Positions 51,001 through 64,000 of a DNA stretch of 64,000 nucleotides are shown piece after piece. Numbering within the stretch: the first letter of the stretch is position 1; the number at the start of each line of letters is the position of its first letter. Under the pieces are notes generated by a model that ran no database searches, was not told the origin of the DNA, and saw nothing but the letters and a program-made list of their open reading frames with translations. The DNA comes from Lytechinus pictus (taxonomy: Eukaryota). Position numbers and translations under genes: made by a program. The stretch spans positions 7,566,001-7,630,000 of the forward strand of contig NC_087250.1 of NCBI RefSeq assembly GCF_037042905.1, written 5' to 3'.

Positions 51001-54000
51001 CACCCGCCTGATCAACCCCGCTAGGCCAGGTAATCCCCGCTGTCACAATTTTACCTCCACAGGCCAGATTATGAGCGTTGAGCCAAGGACAAAATGATAA
51101 ACAACAGCTGTGCTATTACGTAAGACTTCTCTGCCTGTAGTAGGACCTTTGGAATGAAATTATTGTATTCGATATTTAATCACGTTTTCAAAGGCATATT
51201 GTATTCAGAAATCCAATGTTAGTCCATTTTAAATTTCGAACGAAGAAAATCGACCTCGAAATAAGGAAAGTAAGTCAATTAAAATGACGGCATGCTTTGC
51301 AGGGACCGCGCTCATGCTGTTGTGTTATCTTCGGACCGAGGTCAAGAAACAGGTGTTTTGATACTTAAATTGCTTGCTTGGGACAGTTATGGTTTGTCGT
51401 ACTTGGAGAAGATAATTGATTGAGGGAAACTGGGGTATAGTGTTCTCAAATGGAGGTTTTCGTAATGGACCAAGTTTTATTGTGAAAACAGTTTTTGCAC
51501 TTTACGCTTTTGCCCTTCATATAAAGGCCATTAAATTAAAAACACCTTCTCTCCTTGCAGTAAGCTCTGAATATAAGGCAAATCAACTTTTGTGGGAAAA
51601 AACTGCCTTGGAATCACTTTTGGTCATTGGCAATCACCTTCATCATATTGGAATAATGCACAGTCATTTCCATTTTATTTAGCATTCATACACAATAGAC
51701 CCTTTATTGTTACCTCCTTCATAATGTTGATAGTTCTTATTTGATTATAATTTGTTAATTTGCCAGTATCTATTAATTTCATGTATTTTTCTATATTCTG
51801 TCAACTTTGTATGTGTCAGTCGCTGGACTGTTTTGCAATGTCTTTAATGCAATAAACCAAATTGAATTGAATTGAATTGAATTGAGTGATGGTAGTTTCA
51901 ATCCTTTTCAATAGATCATACAGTATTTCTAATGCAATGTACATAGCGTGTGAAAGAGCCTAGAGATTAAAAACGATATGGACAAATAAATCCTCTTCTT
52001 ACATCCAGGCTCTTGGTTGTCTCTTGTACGAGGTGTGTGCGTTTGAGCCGGCGTTTGATGCTCACAATCTTCTTAGTCTGTATTACAAGATCGTCAAAGG
52101 TGATAACCCGGTAAGTATAGCACCAAATAAGCTTGTATATTGTCACTTTGGGATACCCCAAGGCTCAGTTCTTGGGCCCCATCTATTTTCTATTTCATTG
52201 TACTGCATATGATTATGGTATGATGGATAAAGATGATTTGCAGTTAGACATTACATTTTAACTGTCGTATGAGGTGGGTGCGTTTGAGCCTGCATTTGAT
52301 GCTCATAATCTTTTTTGGTCTCAATTACAAGATCATCATTTTTACTTATGGGAAATTGTTTATCTCTGAAAACAAGGACTTTACATTTTAACACAATTCC
52401 CTTGACTTTACTATGATTAATTTTCAGATTATTCCGTCCATGTACTCTACCGACCTTCAAGGATTATTAGCGTTCATACTAGAAAAGGATCCAGATAAAC
52501 GTCCAAGGTAAGTACTACAAATTATGTTCAATCTTACAATTAATCATACAATCAATTTTGCAATCAGTTTTAAAGTCTTTTTTGGACACTAGCTGCGTGG
52601 TTTGAATCCCAACATGGCCTAGCATCCTTTGGCAAAGCGTCAAGCCTCACTTTATTACTCTCCACCCAGGTGTTAAATGGGTACCTGGTAGGATGGGTTG
52701 GGGGAGGGGTGGGTGGTCCCGATGATTTTTCAAGTTGTAAAATAGAAAAAGAGGAAGAAAATGTAAGAAGAGAATTGTGATTCTTTTTCCCTTTATTCAG
52801 TTGGAAAAAAAATTATATCACCTTTACAAGGTCTTACCCCCCCCCCCCCTTATACCAAAATTCAAAGAGCTTGTCTGTATGGACTTCATTTTACATCTTA
52901 GTTATTCATTCATAGTGGCTGATCATATAGATAACATAAATTACTCTCGGGCCTTTTCGGTTAAAGTGGAGACAATGGCTGAGTAGGGATTTGAACTCAC
53001 AACCTCACAATCATAAGTCTAGTGCTCAAACCACGAGACAGCATGACCCTATTAATTGGATTGTATTATTTTTATTCCAGTGCTACAACGATACTCTCAC
53101 AGGATTACATGCAAACCCACCTAAGTAACTTTATTGCAGAAAAAGAGCTTCTGCAGCAGCAGCTTGCAACGACAAAAGCCACCAGACCACCGACAAGCTC
53201 CTCCCCCATAGCGAGGTCAAAGGTCACCAGTGTCGCAAACACATCCAGGTAGGTTTTGCCTTGAAAGGACATTAAAAAATAATAATAGCTGGATTTATTA
53301 AGCGCTTTTTGCCTGAGGATACAAAGCGCTGCTATTATTACCCTGGCTTTAGCTGTGCTGCCTTATAGGCGCTGAAACGTTCAAGGAATTTCTTCCTACC
53401 CTTCACCTCACCTGGGTTGAGTGCAGCACAAAATAGGTAAATTTCTTGCTGAAGGAAAATACGTCATGGCTGGGAATGGAGCCCACATCCCTCAGAATGA
53501 AAGACGAGAGTCATAACCACTAGACCACGATGTCACCATGTTAATGTAAATGTTATTTACCTTGGGCAGTGTTCATAAGGCTGTTCTTAAGCATGACTTT
53601 ATGCACCATTTGTTGTGCTAAATGAGGTTACCCAACGTAGTGCAAGAGACTATCCAGTTACCAAGATTATATATATATATTATATGTGGAGCGTTGTGGC
53701 CCAGTGGATTAGTCTTCTGACTTTGAAACAGAGAGTCGTGGGTTCGAATCCCAGCCATGGCGTAATTTTCTCCAGCAAGAAATTTATCCACACTGTGCTG
53801 CACTCAACCCAGATGAGGTGAATGGGTACCCGGTAGGAAGAAATTCCTTGAATGCTCTGAGCGCCTAGGCAGCCCAGCTAAAGCCGGGGTAATAATAATA
53901 GCAGGGCCCGCTGGGAGAACAGTTTTCAGAACTGAAGTGGCTTCCCTGGGTAAATATGCCTATATTATTATTATTATTTTCTTATTTCTGTTTTTATTAT

Positions 54001-57000
54001 AACAAATTAAATTCAATTACAAAATTTGCACCTGATTATAAGTGATTGAAAATCACATAAACACAAGTTGGTTGCCTCCGACGAAGATTCTGCTAGGATC
54101 GAAAGCTTAGGCCCCTTTTTGACTTTCTAATTTACTCCATTAGCTCTCTTTTATTAGATAAGCAGTTTTCAGCAGCTTCTTTTTGCCACAAAAAAGAAAA
54201 GTAACAAAAGCAATAATAGAATAACCTTGATATGTTGACAAGTAAACATTACATTCAGATGCTTATTAAATGGAAAATTCAACGTGATCATTTGGTGTCA
54301 CAATAAAGCAGAAAAAAAAGGAGAAAATATTGGTAAAAAAAGTTTTGACAAAAAACCATCAAAGAATCATAAAATTATGACTTTTTAAAGTTTATTATAG
54401 AATGGATGAGAAAATCCCTGCAATCTGATTGGTTGTGAGCTGTGCAAGAATTTTTACTGGGCTGCATGAACGATATCCCGATAATCAAAACGATATCTAC
54501 TGTAAACAAGCTATCGTCCGAAAAGGTCATTGTGATGTCATCGCGCATGTACTGTTACGCTTGTTTACGTCAAAATTTTGAATTTTCGATCAAGGCAGAA
54601 TGAATCAAATAAAGGATGCAAAATGATCTGTAAGTACAAATACGGTACCGTAATTGTCATAGGATTAAAACTGCCAGCATACTCATTAGTTGAGAAGTCC
54701 AGACATATTCTAATGTTAGATCTACTGCATTGGACTGGCTGTGCATGGCCAAATCTCCACTGCAGGCCCAGGCAGCCGTAGGCGTAGGCGCTGACCCCGG
54801 CGCGGCCCGGGCATACACACACAGCTATTGGAGGTCTGAGGCTGCCTCATATCTAGTCAATGCAAAGCTGTATCTGGCATTTTGGGTATAATAATGCTTT
54901 TGTGCCAATATATTATCAAGTTAGGCATACATATTTATGTTGTCCAGGGTAATCAAAGGGTCTGCATTACATTTTGGAATTTTCATGCATCCGGTTAATA
55001 AATAATGCGTCCGGTAAATTTTTTCATGGGTCCGGTAAATTGAATTTACCGGACGCATGAAATTATCATGCATCCGGTAAATCATTAATTTTTGTGGTTT
55101 ATTCAATAAATTTTTTCCATTCTATAAAACAGATGATGCATGGGTTTCTTTCGTGGGTCAGTGGAACTGTGTGCACGCGGTAACTTTGGCATTATGGTCT
55201 AAACCCACTCGGCTGCGCCTCGTGGGTTAAACCATGCCAAAGTTACCTTGTGCACACAGTTCCTACTGACCCACTCTAACCCATGCATCATTTGTTTACT
55301 TGAATATGTGACATCATTTACGACCCCTACAGTCCATTCCCACAAGCCATTGCCATTTATCCATTGACCTTTGACCTTGTGTCCCATAGGAACCGTCCAA
55401 TGTCCGCAAGTCACAGGACGAGGGCATCTTTGCAAACGTCTAAACCTGACCGCTCTCCACCCAGGAGTAAGTCATCTCTAGCTATGCTGCCCTCTATGCC
55501 ACGGTCATACACAGGGGAAGCCATGAAGGAATCACCAGGTATGGACCTTTGTAATTTCAAGGAGAAGTTCACCCTGATGAGAAAAAATTCGTAAAATAGC
55601 AGAAAAATAATAAAAGAATATTAGTGAAGTTGAGGGAAGTCTATCAAAGATTCACCCATATGTTCGATTTGTTTGTTTTGTTTGTTTGTTTCATTAAAAC
55701 TAACTTCTCTCTAAGATTAACTTTCACTTTTAGGGAATTAAATAATATTTTTCATTTTTATAATGTTTTTTCAGGTCTACCTCCCATTATCCGTCCGCCT
55801 CTCGAACCCAGCGAATCGGGCGACTACCCCGACGACTTTGACAGTAGCGATGATGAACGGGATAGACCGGATCTAACTAGGAATAATGAAGCACGCCCTC
55901 TGGTGAAAGCATCGAGACAGGAATCTGAGATGGATTTAGAAATACCGGAAGAATGCGAGTCTCCTCTCAACTCCGATGAAGGTAAATACATATTGACCGA
56001 CTGTAGTATTTAACCCCCATACAAATATATGTAGGATTAACCCATCACAGGACTTTTTGTAGGTCCGAACTAATCACCTCGGATCCTCAAATTGGCAACA
56101 GTATCTATGTGTTTTTGTTCTTACATGTAGTTTTAAAAATATATAAGCATATGGATATACTATGAACTACATGTATAATTGTGAAGTTCAATCAAAATTG
56201 CCAATTTGAAGATGTAAATAATCACTGTATACTACCGTGTTGCCAATTTATTCAGATGTAGTGATCTGTTTATACAAATGAAGTTCTTGAATTTGGAATG
56301 TAAGTCACCACAGAACTCACTGATGAAAGTAAAGATATATCGACCAAATAATCACTGTACTATCTATCCCTTATAGGATTAACCCACAGTAATACATTAA
56401 TTTCTTGAGGTGTCAATTAATCATCTGTGATCCTTAAATTGGCAACAACATTATCTATTGATTTTCATCTTACTTTAAAAAAATATATATATGGACAATA
56501 CATGTAACAAACTGAAACATAATTGCAGAGATTAATCAGCAGGGATGTTGTCAAGGCCGGCCTTGGCGTTAGCCTCAGGGCCCGAGTCGCATAAAAAGTC
56601 TATGGGAGAAAGTTTTTTCCAGCGGCATCGACTACATCCCCGTTAATCAGCAATCCAAGTAGAACACAGAGATATTGACTATACCAGTAGATTGTTTCTT
56701 GCATTGCCAATTTAAAGAGTTTACTGATCACATACTCATGAACTGCTCTTATTTGGAGGGTGAGTGTATTCTTGTGAAGCCAGAGGTATACCAACACATC
56801 GGACCACTGTATTATCTAATCTCTGTAGGATGTACTTTAAAGGGCATTTGACAGCCCAAAAATACAGATTTCATGCATAAATTAACATAATAATTGTGTC
56901 GCATTTAAGTATCAAGTTTCAAACCTAAGAGTATCTTTGCACATCTTTCTGCCTGAAACTTTTCCTGGAATTATTTCATGTCGAGAGACAAAATGTTGAT

Positions 57001-60000
57001 GAAACGCCCCCTTTCCCCATTAGGATTTCACTTGGCTTCCGTTCATCTCTCATGTATTTTTTCGTTCATTTATCAGATATACCAGAGGAGCTAGAGGCGG
57101 AGGACGAAGGAGAAGAGAGCTTGATAGAAAGAAGAACTGAAAGAACAGAAGAAGGAGAAGAGGAGGAGTATGCAAGTGATTTTGAAGATGATGATGAGGT
57201 TCGTTGGCCAATGATGTCAGTCCTTATCATTTTGAGAGTTTTTAATCATATGTTAGGGTGAAGTGTTGATACGGTGATTACCACGATCCTTTAACTAGAG
57301 TCTCGTTGTGATTCCCTCACCCAGGGGCAGATTCAGGATTTTCCAAAAAGGGGGGGACACATTTTTCTGATGAAAATTTGAATTCGAGGTCATTTCGTCC
57401 TCTGTGAAAAATTTTACAAGCAAAAAAAGGTCCTCACTTTCAAAAGGGAGGGGGCACACTTTGGTGAAAAAGGTACATATACATTTAAACATTTTATTAT
57501 GGCTAACAAAAGGGGGGTTCGAGCCGGCTATGCCCCCCCCCTGGATCCTCCACTGCCCTCACCATTGGTGATTTTGAAGTTTGGTGATCGTAACTGGGTT
57601 CAGAAGGATGATATCGATCGCGTTATCAATATTTCGTATCTCATATCTCAACTTTACATGTGAAGTCTGGACAGTGAAAGTGAATTCGGGGTAGAAATAG
57701 TAGTAAAATCTTATTGTGTCGCATGCAAAAGTTAAATCACTTCAAGGATTCAAAAGAGTAAATACTATTGCTCATTGAAATATATAAAGCTCTAATGATT
57801 TGTTCTCATCTCAACTGCAACAGCTAGTTTTTCGGTGATGTTTCATCGTCATCTTGAGGTCGCCAACACCAACACCAAACTTGAAATCATGATTTTCCCA
57901 GTCCCTGGGATTGGTGTTGGCGAATGAGGAAATTACATGTAGATCGTCAACACCAGCTGTAATGCTCGGTTTAGCAGACGAGGTTCAACACCAGTGCTCA
58001 ACACGAACTGCTGGAAATGTGTAATATTTTCAAAGGTCAATCTCAACACCTGCGTCATTTCATGTACAGAGTTCTGGCTCTTTAGTGGCTGGTGTTGGTG
58101 TTGATGTTGCGGCTCGTGAGTGTTGCCACAACGCCAGATTTCAAACCCTACTTTACATCATCCTATGTATATCTCTTTGACTAGGTTCTTCAGGTTATTC
58201 TGAGCAATGCAAGGACTGCGGCCAACGTTGATGTTCAGAATAGTGATGGGGACGATAGCTTTATAAATTCTTGTATTATTACATTTCTTTGACTAGGTTC
58301 TTGAGGATATTCTGAGCAATGCAAGGACTGCGGCCAATGTTGATGTTCAGAATAGTGATGAGGACGATAGCTTTATAAATTCTTGTATTATTACATTTCT
58401 TTGACTAGGTTCTTGAGGATATTCTGAGCAACGCAAGGACTGCGGCCAATGTTGATGTTCAGAATAGTGATGAGGACGATAGCTTTATAAATTCTTGTAT
58501 TATTGCATTTCTTTGACTAGGTTCTTGAGGATATTCTGAGCAACGCAAAGAACTGCGGCCAATGTTGATGTTCAGAATAGTGATGAGGACGATAGCTTTA
58601 TAAATTCTTGTATTATTACATTTCTTTGACTAGGTTCTTGAGGATATTCTGAGCAACGCAAGGACTGCGGCCAATGTTGATGTTCAGAATAGTGATGAGG
58701 ACGATAGCTTTATAAATTCTTGTATTATTACATTTCTTTGACTAGGTTCTTGAGGATATTCTGAGCAACGCGAGGACTGCGGCCAATGTTGATGTTCAGA
58801 ATAGTGATGAGGACGATAGCTTTATAAATTCCTGTATTATTACATTTCTTTGACTAGGTTCTTGAGGATATTCTGAGCAATGCAAGGACTGCGGCCAACG
58901 TTGATGTTCAGAATAGTGATGAGGACGATAGCTTTGAAGATTCCACCAACCTCTCAGATGACATCACAAGCTGTCGACAACTTTTAGCAGAGTGAGTACT
59001 GTAGAGTAGCCTTGTACAGGTAAAAGAATGTAATTGCAGCAAACAATTATTTCTTGAGAACGTCTTTTTTAATATCAAGGTTAATTGTCATCACATTAAC
59101 ATAGATCTAGATCTGGTAAAGTAATGTAAACTTAATTTAGTGAAATCATGAAATTTTAGCTGAAAAGCAAAAACTCTGAAGATTACTAACGCTGGAAAGC
59201 ATATGAGGGACAGTGTACCAATATTGCTTGGAAAGAGACCCGACATTTGATGGAATTCTGTACTTATTTTGCTAATTTCTCAGCAATTAAGCATTTCTTT
59301 CCAGAGTCATTTGACACATATTTTTTTATTCATACATACAAACACTTTTGTAGTCATTTTATTGGATTCTGATAGAACTAATCTAGATTTTTACCAAAAC
59401 TGTCATTAATATGTTAGCGAGAAGTCTTTCATCAAAGCAAAACAGGAAAAAACAACTTTTGTTTGCTTGAACCCAACAAGCCCTATTAATAGTGAATGCT
59501 TAGGTCTGCTAGGAGATTGTATCTTAACGTTATGATTTTGTATTTCTTCTTTCTACAGTGAATGCAGAGGTGTTCTGGGAAATGATATCTTCTCTGAGAT
59601 TGAATCTAAAATTCGGGAGAATCGAGGGAAAGATCTTGATCCCGATCAACTAAGGTGAGTTGCTTGAACTCTTTGTGCGCCGGGCCATGATCCCCTGTGT
59701 GCTTGAATTTTTCAGCGAGGGATCAGGAGCAGTGAATGAAATAGACTTGCTCAATTCAACTTGCTATGACTTTTCACTGCAGTATTTTGAGGGGAAATGT
59801 TTCACGGCAAAGTTGTAGAGAATTTCACAAGCTTTCTGACTGTATAATATGACTAGTATAATATAATAATATGACTACAATAATATAGCGCTTACAAACA
59901 ATGAGTATTAAGCACTTTAGAAATGTTGTTTATCATTATTATGTAATTTTTTTTTTTGTAATGATAAGAAATTTGGTAAATAATGCCTAATTTCACACAT

Positions 60001-61182
60001 ATATATGGTATTATTGTGGCAAAGGATAAATACAGTGGATTGTTTGTTTGAGCGTGATATGTGAAGTTTGCGCGGCACCTAGTGTGTATTGGTGCGAAGT
60101 ATGCATGGAAAGAGCTAAAGGGATTGAGTAACTTTGTGGAATTTTGCAAAAATCTGAGTTGTGTGGATCTGTATGATGTCAGTGCATGCGATAATGTGTC
60201 AAGAGGAAACCCTGAAAATTTATTACATAGGCATTATGACATGCTTCACAATAAGAAAAAAAGTGATAATTTTCCTTCATAGCCTATAGTGTTTAATTTA
60301 AGTGTCCATAGAGTCGCTTGATACTGTAGTTTTCATTGTGGCAGCAATTAAGCGACCAATCAGCTGGAAAAAAAATGTTGGGTTATATTATTCCTGCGTG
60401 ACTTTTTAAGTTTTGTAATGATGAATTATATATTAGCTGCAAGAGAAATATATTTGTAGGTCCTGAGTGAAGTTGAACAGAGAGACGAGGAGAAAAATAA
60501 ATAGAACTTGAGAGAGAGAAAAAGAGAAAAGATGAAAGAAACAGAGGAATAGAGAGAGTGAGAAAGAAGAAGGATATTAATCCTGATTAGCGGAGTTGAG
60601 TTGGGTTGGGTTCAGTTATTTCAGAATTTGTACACTCTGCGCACATGTGGACCATTAACTACTAGGTTAGATCCGATCAACCACAACTATGGAAAGCCAG
60701 CAACGCCAACATCTAAAATGCATGTTTGTTCAAAATGATTTCTAGATATGATATATAACTCTTATATTCATTGTTTTCTTGAAAATTTGGTGTGTTCACT
60801 TTTATATAAAGGACAGTGTGCAAATTTTGTGTATGAAAAATCATGACACTGATGGATTACCATATTGTTGAGGTTGATCTGATCGATCGAAACTCTTTGC
60901 AAGATTGGGCCAAGAAGTCTACCAAACGCACATTAACAGAATTATAGCATCTTTAGCTGGAGAAGTTAAATCTGGTGTTGGGCTATGATAAAGTATTTGT
61001 GAAATCTATGCTTTGCTTTTTATCTATTTTCTCTCTTTGTGTTTTTTTTTCTTTCCTGCAGACTTCAGTTTGAGGAAGCCATTGGCAGTGAAAGAATGGA
61101 AACATGCTACCTTCTTAGCGAACTTCTATCTGAGGTTGATGATACTCAAAGTAGAAAGATGGGAACATTACCAGTCTCATGA
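45057..61182 (+). CDS. NIMA-related (Nek family) Ser/Thr kinase, about 586 aa, with an acidic linker and C-terminal tail
   Basis: Exons 45057-45139, 45619-45696, 47009-47102, 48215-48360, 49215-49267, 50436-50563, 52009-52110, 52428-52507, 53081-53248, 55390-55538, 55775-55981, 57077-57198, 58858-58991, 59559-59654, 61062-61182. Motifs [58 protein letters not shown] are typical of Nek kinases. Exact paralogue not assigned. Confidence 0.92.
45680..46520 (+). repeat. Degenerate C-rich tandem array seeded at the Nek exon 2 donor
   Basis: GAGAGAAGCAAAGTAAGAATAC followed by CCCCACCCC tracts, repeated with variable unit length. Confidence 0.85.
46703..46913. mobile_element. MITE (GGGGTGTTTCACAAAG termini)
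   Basis: About 30-bp perfect inverted termini; relatives near 9320-9485, 18170-18355 and 50847-51005. Confidence 0.8.
47320..48155. repeat. ATC/ACC trinucleotide tract with a 54-bp higher-order unit (about 10 copies to 47875)
   Basis: CGTCATT recurs every 54 bp (47351, 47405 and onward). Confidence 0.9.
53277..53535 (-). mobile_element. tRNA-derived SINE, head-to-head with the 53688 copy
   Basis: Similar to the 30090 copy throughout, with a degenerate B box. Confidence 0.75.
53688..53977 (+). mobile_element. tRNA-derived SINE
   Basis: A box TGGCCCAGTGG, B box GGTTCGAATCC, core AATGGGTACC and (TAT)n tail. Confidence 0.85.
58179..58936 (+). repeat. Tandem array (112-bp unit, 7 copies) containing the Nek exon 13 acceptor and exon 5' part
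   Basis: GACTAG|GTTCTT starts at 58179, 58291, 58403, 58515, 58628, 58740 and 58852. Confidence 0.95.
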
Positions 61183-62045
61183 TATATTTAGTAATTTGAA
61201 AGAATGGTAACCTGCTATCATCTTAGAGAATTTCTATCAGATGTCATGATACAGAAACTAGAAAGATTGAATCGCTACCAGTCTTATGTTATGTATTCAG
61301 TGATTTGAGAGAATGGTAACATGGTCCCTTCTGAGTGAGATTCTATCAGACATTAATGATACAGAAACTAGAAAGATGGGATCGCAACCGGTCTCATGAT
61401 ATTCATTCAGTGATTTGAGAGAATGGTAACCTGTTATCGTCTAAGTGAATTTCTATCAGATGTTAATGATACAGAAACTAGAAAGATGGGATCGCTACCA
61501 GTCTTATGACATGCATTCAGTGATTTGAGAGAATGGTAGCATGGTCCCTTCTTAGTGAGCTTCTATCAGATGTTAATGATACAAAAACTACAAAGATGGG
61601 ATCGCTACCAGTCTTATGACATGCATTCAATCATTTGAGAGAATGGTAGCATGGTCCCTTCTTAGTGAGCTTCTATCAGACATTATTGATACAGAAACTA
61701 GGAAGATGGGATCGCTACCAGTCTTATGACATGCATTCAATGATTTTAGAGAATGGTAACATAGTCCCTTCTTAGTGAGATTCTATCAGACATTAATGAA
61801 ACAGAAACTAGAAAGATGGGATCGCAACCAGTCTTATGACATGCATTCAATAATTTGAGAGAATGGTAACATGGTCCCTTCTAAGTGAGATTCTATCAGA
61901 CATTGATGATACAGAAACTAGAAAGATGGGATCGCTACCATTCTTATATTATGTATTCAGTGATTTGAGAGAATGGTAACATGGTTCCTTCTTAGTGAGA
62001 TTCTATCAGACATTAATGATACAGAAGATTGGGTTCACACCAGTC
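61091..62045 (+). repeat. Tandem array (about 110-bp unit, about 9 copies) starting in the Nek last coding exon
   Basis: GAATGG(A/T)A recurs at about 61094, 61202, 61311, 61421, 61531, 61641, 61751, 61861 and 61971. Confidence 0.92.
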
Positions 62046-62872
62046 TTTTTGTAGGCATACAGTGATGTGGTAAGAATCATTGCCAGTATTTAACTTTCAT
62101 GAATTCATTCCAGAAATTCCATCTATGTTTTCAGTAATCTTCCTTTATTTCACCTTGCTTCGTTTCATTCCAAAGTTTTTATAAAACTTCTTTCAATAAC
62201 TATGTCTTTCAATTCTATTATGAAATAAGAATCATTGTAAGAAAAATTGTGAAAATTAATAGAAATATATGTATGTACTGTATATGTATGTAGTTGCATA
62301 TGTACAGGCTTTAGATGCTTATTGTTGTTGGACCGTATTCTGAACTCGGGTTTAAATTAAACCCTGGTTTAAAGTTGTGGTTTAACTATGGAGAGCCAAC
62401 TGGGGCACAAATCCCTAACAGTATACATCCAATTTATTAACTCATATAACACACAAATTATTCATAATTGTCTGGGAATGATAAATGAAGTATTTTGAAG
62501 TATTTTTCTTCATTATGAAAGCAAAATAGTAAACATAAGAAATATACAATAGAAACATAATTTTTGGCTCCCCATAATTTTAGCACAGACTTAGACCATG
62601 GTCTATTAGTTAAACCTGACTTCAGAATACGGACCGTTGGGTTTAATTGGAGATTGGTTGATTATTACTATTATACCTTGATATGAGTTGAGATGGTGCA
62701 AGTTAATATAATTCATATTTCATCAAGTTTTTTCAACGTTTTTATCTTAGTATTCTATAATATACATGTATGCTTTCAGTGGCGGATCCAGGTTGAAGTA
62801 GAGGGGGTGCCGGCGACAATTTTCTTCAATTTAGCAAAAGTAGTATAATGGATGTTCAATGGGTGATTCTTA

Positions 62873-63285
62873 AGGCGACCGCACACCTTACGATTGGTCT
62901 GCGACCCGATTTCAGAATAAAATGTAATAGAATGTGATGCTAATATTGAGACTTTGAATATCTTACTGTGTAATGTTCTAAATCATCGTACGAATACCTA
63001 TATTCAAATCAGTGACTATGCTATCATCCTTCTTAGAATAAAAGCGAATTTAATATCTAGTCGTAATGACGTCATAGCAGTCGTTCGATTGGTTACGATT
63101 TGAAACTAATTTTGCCTTTACTCCAAAATAAAGGCTTGCAATCTTTCAAAATGGTTATATTAGTATTCTTTTAATAAATTTTAACCTCAAGTAAAATGAT
63201 GTTCCATTCACATTTTCAGAAAATGAGCAAAATGCGATTTGTTCCAAAATCGGATCGCGAACAGTCGTAAGGTGTGCGGTGGCCT
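62873..63285. mobile_element. MITE, uninterrupted member of the family at 15993
   Basis: AGGCGACCGCACACCTTACGA...TCGTAAGGTGTGCGGTGGCCT. Confidence 0.8.
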
Positions 63286-63746
63286 TTAAATATAGAGGGG
63301 CGTGCACCCCTTGTGCCTTTGTCAGAATCCACCACAGTGCTTTTACTATATTCTGTCTTCTTCATAATAAATTATGCAGAGAACATTAAAATTGATTCAT
63401 ATTATGCTGCACTGAACCCATGTGAGGTGAATGGGTACGTGGCAGGAATTTATTCCTTGAAATGCTTGAAGAATAAAATTGCTTGTATAGCATATATCAC
63501 TGCCTTGGCGTCCCTACATGTACATGTATATGTCAAGATAACAACATCTAAGTTCCTTGGAAAGCACATAGAGAAGTTAAAAGTATGTGATATATATATG
63601 CACTTCATAAGAATTGTATATTATCATTGATATAGATTACACTACTTCCTGTTACTTTCTTGTTTTATCATTTTCTTTGTGAAACTTTTATACCTGAAAG
63701 CTGTCAATAGACTACTGCTTCATATAACGTTAAAGGACGATTGAAT

Positions 63747-64000
63747 TTTTATACGCCCGTCTAGACGGGACGTATTATGGTATCACGCTCGGTGTCCGTC
63801 CGTTATCTTTTACTTGTAAACACGATAACTTCAGTTTGACTTAACCTAGGCTCATATAATTTGATGTGTATGATACTAGCATGAATCCCAGGAAGCCTAT
63901 TGATTTTGAGATCAAAAGGTCACAGTGACCTATTTTCATCTTACCCTTCTGCAGTCCTTGAAAACACGATGACTTCAGTTTAACTTATTCTAGGCTCATA
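63747..64000 (+). mobile_element. Helentron/DINE-like element, 5' part
   Basis: TTTTATACGCCCGTC start, short hairpin, GTCC microsatellite and the start of an internal repeat. Confidence 0.45.

Noticed and set aside
53688..53760. tRNA-like sequence
   Set aside because: It is the head of a SINE that continues into a shared body and tail.
58179..58936. Regular repeats superficially like a CRISPR array
   Set aside because: No unique spacers; whole units are duplicated and derive from an exon; eukaryotic context.

Overview
Intron-rich, repeat-rich animal genomic DNA; the repeat repertoire looks echinoid (sea-urchin-like), which is my inference only. Three spliced genes were reconstructed by hand with GT-AG junctions and consistent phases: a partial USP44/USP49-like deubiquitinase (minus strand, continues past the left edge), a complete RING1/RNF2 PRC1 E3 ligase (minus, 10 coding exons, about 398 aa) and a head-to-head NIMA-family (Nek) kinase (plus, 15 coding exons, about 586 aa). 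An apparently intact Gmr1-like Gypsy LTR retrotransposon (SAP-like/SCAN-like gag, protease, then integrase) lies in a USP44 intron. A 2.1 kb palindromic Tc1 (DD34E) fold-back derivative lies in a RING1 intron. There are many MITEs, tRNA-derived SINEs and simple repeats. The most striking unexplained pattern is that at least nine exons across all three genes have adjacent tandem copies of exon or exon/intron-junction sequence. One case is three open-frame variant copies of the RING1 terminal RAWUL exon. Most short ORFs in the supplied track are spurious.
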